NCBI GenBank assembly: GCA_965113315.1
Contig: OZ220365.1
Strand: one strand, 5' to 3'
DNA from: Podarcis vaucheri
Lineage: Eukaryota
DNA length: 64,000 nucleotides
A model generated the notes under the pieces. It searched no databases, was not told where the DNA came from, and worked only from the letters and a program-made list of their open reading frames with translations. Within the stretch, counting starts at the first letter, position 1. Each line of letters opens with the position of its first letter. This document shows, in pieces, positions 39,292 through 52,596 of this stretch. The position numbers were made by a program, and so were the translations under genes.

Positions 39292-39748
39292 TGTTCGGGC
39301 TTGGATTGGCAGGCTCAATAGGAGATGGAGGAAAATTAAGAATGGTTGAGGGGGCTGAATTATGAGAACCTGGGTTGGATGAGGGTTCTCCATTTCTGCC
39401 TTGAGTCAATTTGGAAGGAGGAACAGGGATGTCAGCTCTCCTTCCTGACCCTCCTGTGGAGCCAAGTGCCTCAGTGGGGACATTCCCACAAGGCAAGAGA
39501 ATCTCACGAGTAGCCACACTATGCCTTGTCTTTAAAAGCTTGGTGGGAGGGACAAGGACACTTGTTGGGACACCTTTGTCACTTCCATCCAGTTTTGCAC
39601 TTCTTGCTCTGCTCCTAAATTCCTAAATAGTGACTCCTGAGCACTGTGTTTGCTGCTAAGTCTGAACTATTACTTGCCTGAATAAAGATCTATTTCTTAC
39701 TCGCAGGTAAGCACCTCTGCATGCATGTTTCAGATGGGAGACAGGACA
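39292..39748 (+). mobile_element. Probable degenerate solo LTR
   Basis: TG...CA limits, purine-rich 5' part, TTTAAAAG (~39531), AATAAA (39681); no TSD found. Confidence 0.4.
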
Positions 39749-40918
39749 AGAAGTTCCATAAGCATGGAAATGATTGCATTGTAGAAAAGCCAGCAACTCA
39801 GAAGGCTTTCTTTATTTTTCCTTAACTAGAGGAGGAAAATAAATCCAGTGTTGCATCTCAGCATTGGATGATGAGAGAGTGAGAGGCATCCAGTTGCCTG
39901 GGCCAGAAGACAGAGAAACATTTCCCCATCACCTAGGCAACCAAACAGATCCTTGTGGCAAAGCAGAAATAACATGAAGGTATGTCAGGAGGTTTTTTCA
40001 CACCCCAGAAACCCTGCTTTCACCATGAAGATTCAACTGAACTCTACTCAGCACTTCATTAAATCTCTCATGTTCAGATGTGGTCCCTCCATCTTCTCAG
40101 TAACTAGGTATATTTCTGGCTAGTTGTGATGGAAACCATCACCAACTGAGTGCCTGTATTACACTAGAAACATCTAGTTCATATACTGTCATTGCCTTAT
40201 CTAGAAGCAATCACTGTTTTTCACCATTAATTCCAAATCTCTAAATTGAAAATAGGAATAAGCACTTTAAATGTGTACTGTGAGGATGAAAACAGTAAGG
40301 AAATCCCATTTATTCCCCCTCCTCAATCCCTGAAATTGTAGCTATAGGGCTGATTGAAGATGGAACAATATATTTTCCAAATGAAGCATATCCTTATGCT
40401 AAAAAGGAGAAGAAAGTTAACACATTTATCTTTGTTAGAAGTGTGGTAACTTTTATTTTTCTGATTCACCTTCATTTATCCTTCATGACTATTTAGCCAG
40501 TGACAGGCTAAAGATATTAAGACAGATACGTCTGAAGAGCCACTTATGTCAAAAATGAAGCAGAGTCTGAGATGGCATAGAAGAAGAGGTGATATTGATT
40601 ATAGCAAATGCCGCAAGTTGGAGTTAAATATCCAATTCCAAATCGTGAAAAAATATCTGATAGTAAGCTTCCTGGAGTGACAGGATAAATGAGGTTCCAG
40701 AAAGACATAGAAAATATGTAATGCGAATTTTCAAGTGTAGTCAGTGTAAATAATCTTGGTAAACGCAGAACTTGAACCCGTAGAGAAGAAGTGACAGCTT
40801 TGATTTGATTTGAAAGCTAACAATTCTAGATAACCTGGATTAAATTATCCATTGTCAGTATTAAAAAGAAATATGGAGACCAAAGGTGGAATGAGAGATT
40901 TGAAATAAAAATCAAGTG

Positions 40919-41160
40919 CAGTGGTACCTTGGGTTACATACGCTTCAGGTTACATACGCTTCAGGTTACACACTCCGCTAACCCAGAAATAGTACCTCGG
41001 GCTAAGAACTTTGCTTCAGGATGAGAACAGAAATCGGGCTCCGGTGGCGCAGCGGCAGCAAGAGGCCCCATTAGCTAAAGTGGTACCTCAGGTTAAGAAC
41101 AGTTTCAGGTTAAGAACAGACCTCCAGAATGAATTAAGTTCTTAACCAGAGGTACCACTG
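40919..41160. mobile_element. Tigger-like MITE
   Basis: CAGTGGTACCTTGG...AGAGGTACCACTG-TA; internal GGTTACATACGCTTCA x2. Confidence 0.85.
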
Positions 41161-41295
41161 TATAGAAAAACAAACAAACAAGCAAGCAAACAAACCACCC
41201 ACCTAATCTAGAGCTTCAGTAGCAACCATCTCTTTCATTTTAAATAACGAGGGGGGAAAGTACAGGATGATATAAAGAGTCTTCTTAACTTCCTA

Positions 41296-41646
41296 GACGC
41301 GGGTGTCACTGTGGGTTAAACCACAGAGCCTAGGACTTGCCGATCAGAAGGTCGGTGGTTCGAATCCCCGCGATGGGGTGAGCTCCTGTTGCTCAGTCCC
41401 TGCTCCTGCCAACCTAGCAGTTCGAAAGCACACAGTGCAAGTAGATAAATAGGTACCGCTTCGACGGGAAGGTAAACAGCGTTTCTGTGCGCTGCTCTGG
41501 TTCACCAGAAGCAGCTTAGTCATGCTGGCCACATGACCTGGAAGCTGTACGCCAGCTCCCTCGGCCAATAAAGCGAGATGAGCGCCGCAACCCCAGAGTC
41601 GGCCATGACTGGACCTAATGGTCAGGGGTCCCTTCACCTTTACCTT
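41296..41646 (+). mobile_element. Sauria SINE
   Basis: Head, B-box and tail; TSD TAACTTCCTA/TAACCTCCTA. Confidence 0.93.
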
Positions 41647-42247
41647 TAACCTCCTAAGAGTATAAGCCCCATAATTCACAGTGAAAACAGCTATTTTGTG
41701 CTCTGCCCTGCACATGCAAAAGGATGTGGCACAAGCAGTTTTTTAAAGGTTTAATTATTTCCAAAATTGGTTTCAAAGGCTCTGGGGGTCAAAAGAATAT
41801 GTTTTTCATGGAACAAAACATAGCTGATCATGACTGCATGCAACCTGTAGTCCCTTAACCATCAAACGACTACATTAGATACATTGTGTGAACAATTGCA
41901 CAGAATAAGCTACTTTTGAGTCTGTGTGATCCTGCTGGATTGGGAGGCTCACTAATTCCAATAGGGTCCCTGTGGGTGCAATTTACTTATCAAACTAGTG
42001 CTTTAGTCATCTAAATAAACTAACTAAACTCAGACACACATGATTATTGCCCTTAATGAGGTTAAGATGCCTTGAAAAAAATTGCACTAATTTTTATCTT
42101 GTTTTGAATTGGTTGGCTGAATATTTATTTCTGCTAAGGTTTGCATTTATTTATTTTTGTTCCTTTGCATGCCAGCCCACTGGGCTCAGAATTGTTCACC
42201 AGACGTGCACAGGATTCCCATTCCTATTTACTCAGAAGTAAGTCCCA

Positions 42248-42608
42248 GCACAGGTGGCACTGTGGTCTAAACCACAGAGCCTAGGGCTTGCCAATCGGAA
42301 GGTCGGCGGTTCAAATCCCCGTGGCGGGGTGAGCTCCTGTTGCTCAGTCCCAGCTCCTGTCTACCTAGCAGTTCAAAAGCATGTCAAAGTGCAAGTAGAT
42401 AAATAGGTACCGCTCCAGCGGGAAGGTAAATGGCATTTCCATGTGCTGCTCTGGTTCGCCAGAAGCGGCTTAATCATGTTGGCCACATGACCCGGAAGCT
42501 GTCTGCAGACAAACACCAGCTCCCTTGGCCTATAGAGCGAGATGAGCACGCAACCCCAGAGTTGTCCATAACTGGACTTAATGGTCACGGGTACCTTTAC
42601 CTTTACTT
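42248..42608 (+). mobile_element. Sauria SINE
   Basis: Head, B-box and tail; TSD TAAGTCCCA. Confidence 0.93.
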
Positions 42609-44044
42609 TAAGTCCCACTTGTGTGTTCACTGGGGGCTTTCTCCCAGAAAAGTGTGCATGGCCTTGCAAACTGGAGCCATTAAAATAAATGCCCATAACA
42701 ATACAACCCTAAATGACAAGTACCCATGAATGCTTAATGCTAACTATTAAGAGCCAGGAAAGACAAAAATATTTTGCATCTGCTCTAGAAAATGCTAAGG
42801 CTTAGATAGTGGAAGGCCTCCAGTGGGCATACATTGATGACATTGTTCATACCTTTTAGAATGGATGTTGTACTCAGAAATGTTCCATCTTAAAGACTAT
42901 GATGGAAGAGAAGGAACAGACTTGTCTCAAAGGTACATTGAGGGTCCAAATGGTTTGCATTTCTAAGCATTTCTCCCCATTCTTCCTTTTCAAATCTCTG
43001 TAATTTGTCAATTATGTTAAAGATCATTCCCCATTCACTTAATCAGACCTGTGCCAATGACAATGGTTTGAAGAAGCTGTTTTGTGAAGGCAAATGACAA
43101 TGATGACTTGTTTACGTGATTCATCTTTAGAGATAGACAAATCACAAATATTATTCCACATTAGTAGACATGAACAATAATTAGATACTCTAATAAGGAA
43201 CAAAGCGAAATCATATCTTGGATTTTAACATGGGGGAATATATTAGTCTCTAAATGTGTTTCATCCTCTGCCAGTTGGTACAACTGCTTCTAATGTGTCT
43301 CCAGTGATATTAAAATCAGTTTCAGGACTTCCATGTTTTAACGTGCGTATCTAGCTCTCATTCCTCCCTGCTTCGAATCACAGTCAGCCTCGAATCTGTT
43401 GCTACTACAATAACACATTTGTACATTTTCTTTAAGGCAGGGTTTTTTTTTACCATGCAGTTAAGTCAGGATTGTGTGTTTCTTCTATGTGTGTTGTTGT
43501 TTTGTTGTTGTTGTTGTTTAATCACTTTTAACTATTAGCTTTTATCCCTATCCTCTTTAAGTCTGATGTGCTTTATTTTATTTGCATGTTTTTATCTTAC
43601 ACTGGTCTGTGACCGTAATCAAGTTCGATGATGGTGGTGGTTCTTCTTTCCTTCCTGGAAATTTAATTTTAATGGAAATCCATGCTGACACCTCTTGTGG
43701 TGCTGGTACCCAGTGCAGCTAAACAAGTCACACTTCTCTAAAACTGACTCTGGTAGGTGGCCAGTTACCAATTGCCCAAAAGAAAATAGAAAATATATAC
43801 ACTACCAAAGCAGAGGACAAAATATGGCACAACAGCACACATGATAAATGCAAGGCACAAATAATTACTAGGAGCTAAATTTCACAGAAATTAAATTTCC
43901 CATCCATATTATCCCAAATAAAACAAGTTCATTCAATTAACTTGCACCCTATGTCCAGATAATCAGTTCCTTTTCAATTAATTTATCCCTGATTAATTAC
44001 CCCATTCATCAATTGACAGCTGCAGAGGGCAACTGCTCTTATGT

Positions 44045-44160
44045 CTTGCTTAGGGGTTCCCTACAGGTACCCAGTTAGCCACTGCAGGAAACAGGATGCT
44101 GAGCTAGATAGGCAGCCTTTAGTCTGATCCCGCAGGTACTGCTCATCTGTCATGTTCTTG
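44045..44160 (+). mobile_element. CR1-type 3' end fragment
   Basis: AACAGGATGCTGAGCTAGATAGG...GTCTGATCC...ATGTTCTT; inverse-orientation relative at about 58908-58990. Confidence 0.55.
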
Positions 44161-46662
44161 AGGTAGAATGGACATGTAAGCTTCAAAAAGTTGCCACTTA
44201 TTGCACATATACAGCATAGGACATTTTGACTGAATATAGATTAACAATGAGCTTTGTTCTAAAAACAACATCATCATTCATCACCATCAGCTGTGTCTGG
44301 CCCCTTTCAGAAAGAAGCAGAGACAGTGACTGTAAAAACACTGCTCTTTCTATCTTCTTGTCAGTTCAGTCTGAAGGGCAGTGAAGGTGTTTTGGCTCAT
44401 TTGACTAATTTGGAGCCCCCCGTGAATTGGCCTGGATTCCAAAGTTCAAGTCAAGTCCAAATACTGAATCTGTGTCCTCCTTGTGGGGGAGGGGGACCTG
44501 AAGTGTGCAAAGAGTTCCAACAAAGGATTCTACGGGTTGTTTTTTCTAAAATGAAGAAGGGGGAATGAGGGAAGTAGAAGGAAGAAGAAATGAAGACAGC
44601 TCTTGTTCAAAAAGCCTGAAAACTTGATAACAGATGGAAAATATAGTGGTATCTAAATGCAATAGAGTGGGAACATATTGCAGGTCTGGACCGCACTCAA
44701 CTGTTTGAAATAATCACGCATTTGGGTAACTTGATTATTGCAATTATCACATATTAGCCTGATTGTCTGAAATGTCAGCTGTCATCACAGAGCTTTTTAA
44801 ATATGTGCCGATCCCATTGATGGGGATGAGAGATTGCAGAAGGCAACTGCAGCACATTAAAATCACCATATGAATTGGCTGTGTGAATCATGTTAAGTGT
44901 GTTGTTTTTGATCACACATCTCTTCCAATAACAATGTACACTGGGGGGGGGGGGGTCCAGAGGAAGGGAAGGAGGGCAAAGGAGCAAAAACCCTCCAGAC
45001 TGTCAGCATAACAGATTGCACCCCTATTCTAACACTATGAAATAAGGGGAGCGCTGACACAAATAATTCTCTCTACAATACTGAAACACATCCACACCGC
45101 AATGCCACTTTTACAAAACAGAACCCTATGTGCTGCCAACCTTCATGTTACGTGAGCACATGATATTTCACATTTGCTAATGCATTGCACATTGTAATCC
45201 ACTCAAGCTCCCTGGATACCTCGGAATAAAACTGAAATAAATGAGTTACCGATGGGGGTTTCCAGGGTTACAAAAAAATATGCAACAATAGCACCTGTAC
45301 CATTAAGTTTAAGATACAAGTTGTCAGGTGCTGGCAAATTTGTAGCACATCAAGAGAAAATGAGACAGGTGGCATAAGCTGGAATGGTTAGCCTGCTCCC
45401 ATCAAGCAAGAGGGTGGGGAAATCAAGAAACACATATCTTTCACTCATGGTAATTGCTTGCAATTAAAAGATATGGAAGCCCTTGCATAACTCATATTAT
45501 TATTATTCATATTATTATCTAGCATTGAGACAGATGCTCAAACCAGAATGCAGCCTGATGTTCAAGGCTTTGCCTCTAAGCTATTACCTGAATCACCTTG
45601 TCCCTCAATACATTTTAAGACATGACAGTGACTCAAAGGGACAATTTCATTGCATAGCATGTGAAGTGGCATTTGTAGTGCAGCTCTGTAAATGTCTTCT
45701 TAAAAGAAAGCACCATTCAATGGGACTTGCTGCCATGTATGCACATATAAGATTTCACACCTAGTGGAATAAAGACACAGATAACAGGAGCCTATGTTGC
45801 GTAGCATACAATATACATTGAACTCATTTCATCTCTTAATGGTCCTATACATTTATGTACTGATTAAGAGACACAGCTAGAAGTGCTTCCAAAATGAAGC
45901 AAGAAATGAATGGGGGACAAAATGACCCTATTATCTACCTCCAAGAGCCATCTATTACAGGTTAAGATCACACTTATTTGTCCTTTGCCTTTTGGATAGG
46001 AACAATAATTATCTAACTTGTACATAAAAAGTACTGAGAGGAAACTCCAAAAATCCTTCTTTTGATAGCAAACTCAGCTGGCCGAGTGCTGGTCAGATTG
46101 AAGCAATAACAATGCAAGTCAGCATGGTCATTCCAAAATATTTTGCTTGAACATGATGATACCCATATGTCATATAATAGACTTGATTGGATTGACAGTT
46201 GAATCTTATTTTGGCACTGGAAATGTCCTCCCGAGGGCACCAGATTAAGAGGCACAGGCAAGCAGTCTTCCAACACCTGGTCATCACTCCCTGCCTCCCA
46301 TCATCTGCCACCTGAGGCAGATGCCTCACTTTGCCTAGTAGTAGGGCTAACCGTGCCACTGTGAAACAAAAAAGAGGTTCCAGACAGCTCAAATGAATCC
46401 CACAGAATGCCAAGTAACAAAAACAAGGGTGACAGAAAAAGAATACCAACAGCCCAAAGATGACTGAGCATGCTGAAAGAGGCCACAGACCATCTTGGCT
46501 GTGAGTCTTGGAAGACCTCCTCCCTGCTTGAGTACTTTTTAAGGGGTGGGGGTATTGCTTATGACTGCTTTTGTTATATTTATAGTTATGTATTTTTCCC
46601 TGTTATAAGCCACCTTGAGCATGTTTTAACTACAGAAAGATGGCATACAAATAAAATGGTGT

Positions 46663-47419
46663 TGTCAGAGCTGCTTCCAGATCCTAGCTCACAGAGGATC
46701 ACGCTAGCCAGCAATCACTTTGTAAAAGTCTTTATTGAGTTACAGTTTCCATTCTCCAGCTGCTGCGTGCAACTCTACGTCTTATGGGTTAGACCGGCGA
46801 AGCTCCGTCTGAGTCTCCGCCCCTTGTACACCAACTTAATATCCTAGCCTTACTCCACCTTTTCCGCCTGACTGTTCTTCTCTGGGTCCCTCTGCCCCCC
46901 TGGGTCTCTTCCTTCCTGGATTCTTCTGACGCCGACCCCCCGAACCCTCCTGCCTCCTTGCGCCGGGCTTTAGGACCTGGCTCCCTTTCCGGGCTGCTTA
47001 CTGCGCCACCTTCCTGTGCATTTGAACTTGGCACGCGCGCCCAACCTTCCACTTTCCGTCTGACCGTTTCTTCGCTCCCCGATGGAGGTGTGGCCACTCC
47101 TGACTCGTGCCCTCCCTCCTGTTGTGAGCTGCCAGCGCTTGATACCTGACGCCCTTCCTCTCCCCTGCTCTCTGTTGGTGACGCTGGTCCCGATTTCCAA
47201 CTGCTCCCCTCTGAGCCCCCTCTGGCCCTTTCCTCCTGGGGTGTCCCCCTAGGCTCCCCCCTTGCCCTGGCCACTGGTGCTCCTTTCTGTGAATCTTCTG
47301 ATTCACTGGAAAGACTCGGAGATCTCGGGTCGTCGTCATCACTCATCCTTTCTTCTGCCTCCTCCCCCTCGCTCTCTGTTTCCTCCCTTGCCCTTGCCTC
47401 TGCTCCTGAACCCCTGACA
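46663..47419 (-). mobile_element. Young solo LTR (Gypsy-like), 757 bp
   Basis: TGTCAG...CTGACA inverted termini; perfect 5-bp TSD GGTGT (46658-46662, 47420-47424); AATAAA on the minus strand at 46731-46736; CpGs retained. Confidence 0.9.
46789..47346 (-). CDS. Putative LTR-encoded low-complexity protein (185 aa from the internal ATG; frame open to the LTR edge)
   Basis: MSDDDDPRSPSLSSESEDS...RRTVRRKRWSKARILSW...; stop about 50 nt before the LTR AATAAA; no homology recognised. Confidence 0.35.
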   Translation of the reverse strand: MSDDDDPRSPSLSSESEDSQKGAPVARARGEPRGTPQEERARGGSEGSSWKSGPASPTESRGEEGRQVSSAGSSQQEGGHESGVATPPSGSEETVRRKVEGWARVPSSNAQEGGAVSSPEREPGPKARRKEAGGFGGSASEESRKEETQGGRGTQRRTVRRKRWSKARILSWCTRGGDSDGASPV

Positions 47420-49100
47420 GGTGTATTTACGTCTGTATGAGAACAGGATGCAGGGTTTTTGAGCTGCCATTTTGTGACAGCCTTAGTCTCTAACAACCCC
47501 TAGTCATAATGTTGATGTTCCTCTGGAATACAAATGTAACCATTGCTTTTAACAACAGATGAACACAAGTGTATTACTTTCCTACTGAAATAGATCGGAT
47601 TCTGGCTATAACCACTTAGAGACTTACTTCACACACTTAGGTTCTTCTTGTGTGAAAAATTTCATTTTGTCTGGTTAGAGACATATTCTGTTCCAATGCT
47701 TCTTTTCAATAAAATTATAATATTAAATGTCATTACCAATGCATGCTATCCAACTGCTGTTTACACACAAAAGCATTGGCATGAAAGTGGCTCGTTTTTA
47801 ATTTTGCCACAGCCATGCACTTGGAACAAAAGTAATGTGACAGATCAACTGGAACCCATGCATGAATTCCAGCTGGAAAGCACAATCCTTGCATTTTGCA
47901 CTTCTCTATCAATCTTTTGGCAGCAAAAGTGCTACAGCTAAGAAGAGGGAGACCCAGCTTTCAACATTATTCATGTGTCTTGACCTTAAATTGCTCCTTT
48001 CCCCAGATGGCCATCATCACTCGGTCCTGAAATGCTAACTGGCACCACTGGATTTGTTATGTCGCTGAGCAGCAATTTCTCCTAAATTTAGAACCATATG
48101 CAGTGTTTTGTGACTGCGTAAGTGGTGCCAAGGCACACATTAAGGAACGGAGAAGCTGCACATCTGAGGAAGCAAGTAAATGGGTGCTTGTTATCTAGCA
48201 GAGCTTCCTGGCATGGATTCTGGTGTCCTTTGGTTTTCTTTTCAGATGTCTCCTCCCACATAGCATCCGTCTAAGCTAAGGTTTCCATACAGGTCCCTGC
48301 ACCCAACTGCCATAAATCACTATATGAAATTCCAAACTGAGGAGACAACTGGTTTTCTTAGCAACAAGTGCCCAAGCCTACATTTATACAGTCTAATGGA
48401 GAAATGCCTTTTTAAACTATATGCGACCAACAGAAATGGGGGGGGGGTGGAGCTTCAGGAAATGATGGCAAGAGAAGTGTGCTGGTAGAAGGTTTATTGC
48501 AAGCCTTGGAGGTGGGGTGGGGTGGCAAGCATTCGCTGGACTGATTTGTTAATTCTCTTTCTGAGCAATGCCACAGAGTGTTCTCAATGTGCATCTAGGA
48601 AGCAAACTGAAACAAACAACAATTTTTCAAGCTGACACATTACAATTCAATTTCTCAGGGGACTATTTTAATTTGGATTCACACACCATGCAGTGCCGTG
48701 ATGTTCATCAAACTCAGCCCATGAAATGTGACTTTGCATGCAGAACTACTTCCAAATTGCAATGATGTAAGTGTGGTCTTGCTGCATCAGACCAACAGGG
48801 AAGATCCCTCCTTGTTGAGGCCTGTATTTCTGCAGGGGAAATCTATCAGGGGCTGCATTCTGGTGGCAGATGTGGCCAGAATCAGTGGTGGGCAGACCCA
48901 GAATCAAAAGGGGGTGGGGCCACCTGCCTGCCTGCCTGCCTCTCTCTCTCTCTCTCTCTCTTCCTCATCACCCAGAAGGATGACAAGGGGGGACAAATTA
49001 TTCTTGCTAGAGTTCAGAGCTGAACATTTGCAGACAGCTTTCCTCCCTTCCATCATACCATCTATTTCAGTTCCTTTACCAACGACCCCACTCCATTATT

Positions 49101-49628
49101 TTTTTAATTAATTTTTAAAATTAATTTCCCACATTTATAACAAATATAACATACTGTAAAAAACACAAAACAAAACACATTACAATACTAAAAGAAAAAA
49201 TGAAGAAAAATAAAAACACTTAATAATCTAAAATCCAAATTAACTTTCATTGTTATCTGACTTCCTCTAATCCCCCCTAACTGAATTTCATTGTAACACC
49301 TTTGTAACAGTTCTCCAAGATCATCTTTCTAATACAGTTAACTCCTTCAATTTACTATCTTCATCTCTTTTCTTATTGGCTTAAATCCATATTACTATAC
49401 AACATTCTTGTTCTAATCCTAGGCCTATTTGATACTTTCAAGTACCTTCCAATTATCTTATATTACAATATTTAGCTAGATAATCTTTAAATTTCTTCCA
49501 ATCTTCTTGGTATTCCTCTTCTTTATGATCGTGGATTCTTCCAGTCAGGTCGGCCAGCTCCAAAAACTCCAACATCTTCATCTGCCATTCCTCTACCGTT
49601 GGTATTTCTTGAGATTTCTAATTTTTAG
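49101..49628 (-). mobile_element. L1-clade LINE, 5'-truncated (ORF2 C-terminus and 3' UTR)
   Basis: Minus translation EIPTVEEWQMKMLEFLELADLT...EDWKKFKDYL; A-rich tail; 11-bp TSD ACTCCATTATT (49090-49100, 49629-49639). Confidence 0.85.
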
Positions 49629-49839
49629 ACTCCATTATTCTCCTGTTGCTGTCCATCCCAGGGCTTCATCAACTCACAAGAAATTAGACCTATGCTCTCA
49701 CACTAATGGTAGCCAGTCTGAGGTCCCCCAAGAAGTTCACACACAAGTAGAAATAGGGAAGGAATTTGATTTTGTTTGCCTTTTAATGAGAAGCTACCCA
49801 ATTTGCCTTTTTTGAAGCAATAAACGATCCAAAATGCAA

Positions 49840-50175
49840 TCATGCCTCAAAATTTGATCCTAACAAAAGATTTTGAAATGCAGTTCTCCAACCAACCAAA
49901 AGTCATATGTTAGGGGAAAGTGTGTGTAAAAATGCATAGGTTGGTGAAAATAACATACAAAAATGTATATAAGGAAAACTGCTTGAAAACAATGTATGTT
50001 ATTCAGAACAGCATAAAACTTGTATTTCGGAAGAAATTCACACTAAAACACTGGTGAATTTTAATGTGGGATTAAAAAATAATAATCACAAATTGTTGTG
50101 GGTATGTGGAAAACTGAATTTAAGACTGGAAAAATGAAAAATGAAGAGAACCAAGACTGACAGATTCACCCACCC
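49840..50175. repeat. Old dispersed AT-rich repeat, unclassified
   Basis: TTTTGAAATGCAGTTCTCCAA and AAAATGCATA motifs recur, in inverse orientation, at about 5330-5400, 15050-15130 and 53660-53950. Confidence 0.45.
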
Positions 50176-52247
50176 TACACACAAGAAATACTAGTGTTTC
50201 CTCCTGTTTGTCTTAAGAAGCTGATTCACTGCCCCTGAATATGAAATATCCATTTTTGTCTCTCATGGTTAATGTTTTTTGAGTCACTTGTGGCCATTGC
50301 TATCATTTGAGAAATGATTTCTACTGAGTTACATATAGCACCATCCTAACCATGTCTATTCAGAACTAAGTCCTATTTAAATCAGTGGGACTTGCTACTA
50401 GGTAAATGGGTTTAGGATTGCAGCCTAAATTATGTAACCAGGGAAGAAATAGTTCCTTCTAACTGCGGAATCAGGCTTTCTGTGGTCTACTACTGAAGAC
50501 TTTGTGTAGTTTTTGACACACAATCTCCCTTAGTTCTTCAAAAACCTAAGGAGGTCCATTGGTTTTCTGAAAAAAACTAAGAAAGGTGCCATCATTCCTG
50601 AAGAACTATTCAACATTTTAATTTGGGTAAAAGATCAGTTATCAGAGTTTGAGAAACACTGTTGATCTAGTTCTAAGAAGTGTTCACATAGCACAAATTT
50701 GTGTTGTCTTTGACCCTTTGTCCCTGGCACATTCCTCCAGGCACTATTGTTGTTTAAAAAGAATACAGCAATTTAAACTCCAAACTTTAAATGCAAATAC
50801 CTGGTCTGAATGAAAATTTCTCATGTTTTTTTTAGAATCCTGAGGTGTTTCAGTTATATAACTCCAGGTCTTTAAACTTCAAAGGAAGCTATATAAAGTG
50901 CCAAGCACAGTGTAAATATTTCATTAGGGTGGGCTGAAAAAAATCTAACCACCTCTTTTTCATTTAGAAGTGCTTGTTTATCAGAAACACATTCCCCTTC
51001 CAACAAGCAGCAGAGAAACTAAAGCACAAGACCACACATTTCCTAATTAGCTGTTAATTCTTTTAACCCAGATGGATTTAGAAGACATGATTCAGTTATT
51101 CAGTGACCCTCCATGTATGTTATTGTAAATTGTGGTACATTTACAACAGCATGAAAAAAGCAAAAAGCTGCAGTACCAGGAAAATTCAAACCAGACCTGG
51201 AAACAGGAGTGCTAGCTTGACCCGGGGTCGTGGGTACCATGCAGCATGCATGGCCCTGGCACCAAAAATTTGTGGGTGCCCAGCCCCTTTGTGGGGAATT
51301 TTGTAGGTGCTCGGGCACCCAGGGCCCCATGGAGTTGGTACCTATGCCTGGAAATATTCTGCCAAGTTGGGGAAAGTATTCCCCTCACCCCACCTGCAAA
51401 TGGGGCAGGTTTTGTTTGCTTTTAGTTTTTGGCTTCATTTAGTTAGCTTAGTTTTTGGCTTCATTTATATACTGCTGGAGTGACTGAGGGATTTATTGGT
51501 CTTTAAAAAAAACAAAAAACAAGGGAGCATTGTCCTCTGTAAAGGAGGATACATGGCTAGCCTTAATGCACTTAAGTAGTAGATTTTATGAACTAAAGCC
51601 ACCAGGCTTTTGACAGATGAAACAGCAAATGACTTCTCAAACTAGGTGAACTAGTTATAATTGAGCCTAAGCTGATGCTGTTCCATTGTGTATTCCTGCA
51701 GCCAAAGCCTCATTAGGATGCATTTAACTTTGAAGGAGCAGAACTATAGTGACGAATGGCTATGGCAGGGGCTTTCTTGCTGAGCCAAACACAGGAGACA
51801 AAAGGAAGGATGAGACAAGGTTTATTGCCCAAGTTGTTTGCTTTCTGAATGTTACCATAGTGTAACCAACCTTCTGGCATAACAGGCAGAAGCTGTGTGT
51901 TGATCAGCTGAAAATAATTGTGAGGCAAATAAGCTTGGCTGGAAAAGAAACAAAATTTGCCTCTCTTTTCTACTTATTAGTTGTAATTATAATTTCACAC
52001 AGCGTTTGCATATGTGAGGCTACAGAGCCTGCTAGATTATATTTTCTTACATGTAGAAATGAAAGCCATCAGATCCCATTAATTTAAAAGAGAATTCTCC
52101 AAGGGTGTTCTTTTTATTTTTAAAAAAATTGTACGGTATGGAACATTTTTTCAACAGCACTGACAAAAATGAACTTGTATGAGGATTCAAACCAAACTTT
52201 CAGTTTGTATATGCAGGGATGGCAGTAAAGAGAAACATCTACTTACA

Positions 52248-52596
52248 GTAAAGGTAAAGGGACCCCTGACCATTAGGTCCTGTCGTGACCGACTCTGGGA
52301 TTGCAGCGCTCATCTTGCTTTATTGGCCAAGGGAACCGGCATACAGCTTCCGGGTCACGTGGCCAGCATGACTAAGCCGCTTCTGGCGAACCAGAGCAGC
52401 ACATGGAAACGCTGTTTACCTTCCCGCCAGAGCGGTGCCTATTTATCTACTTGCACTTTGACATGCTTTCGAACTGCTAGGTTGGCAGGAGCAGGGACTG
52501 AACAACGGGAGCTCACCCCATCGCAGGGATTCGAACTGCCGACATTCTGATCGGCAAGCCCAAGAGGTTCAGTGGTTTAGACCACAGCACCACTTG
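52248..52596 (-). mobile_element. Sauria SINE
   Basis: GTAAAGGTAAAGG tail and GGGATTCGAAC B-box, reverse complemented. Confidence 0.92.
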
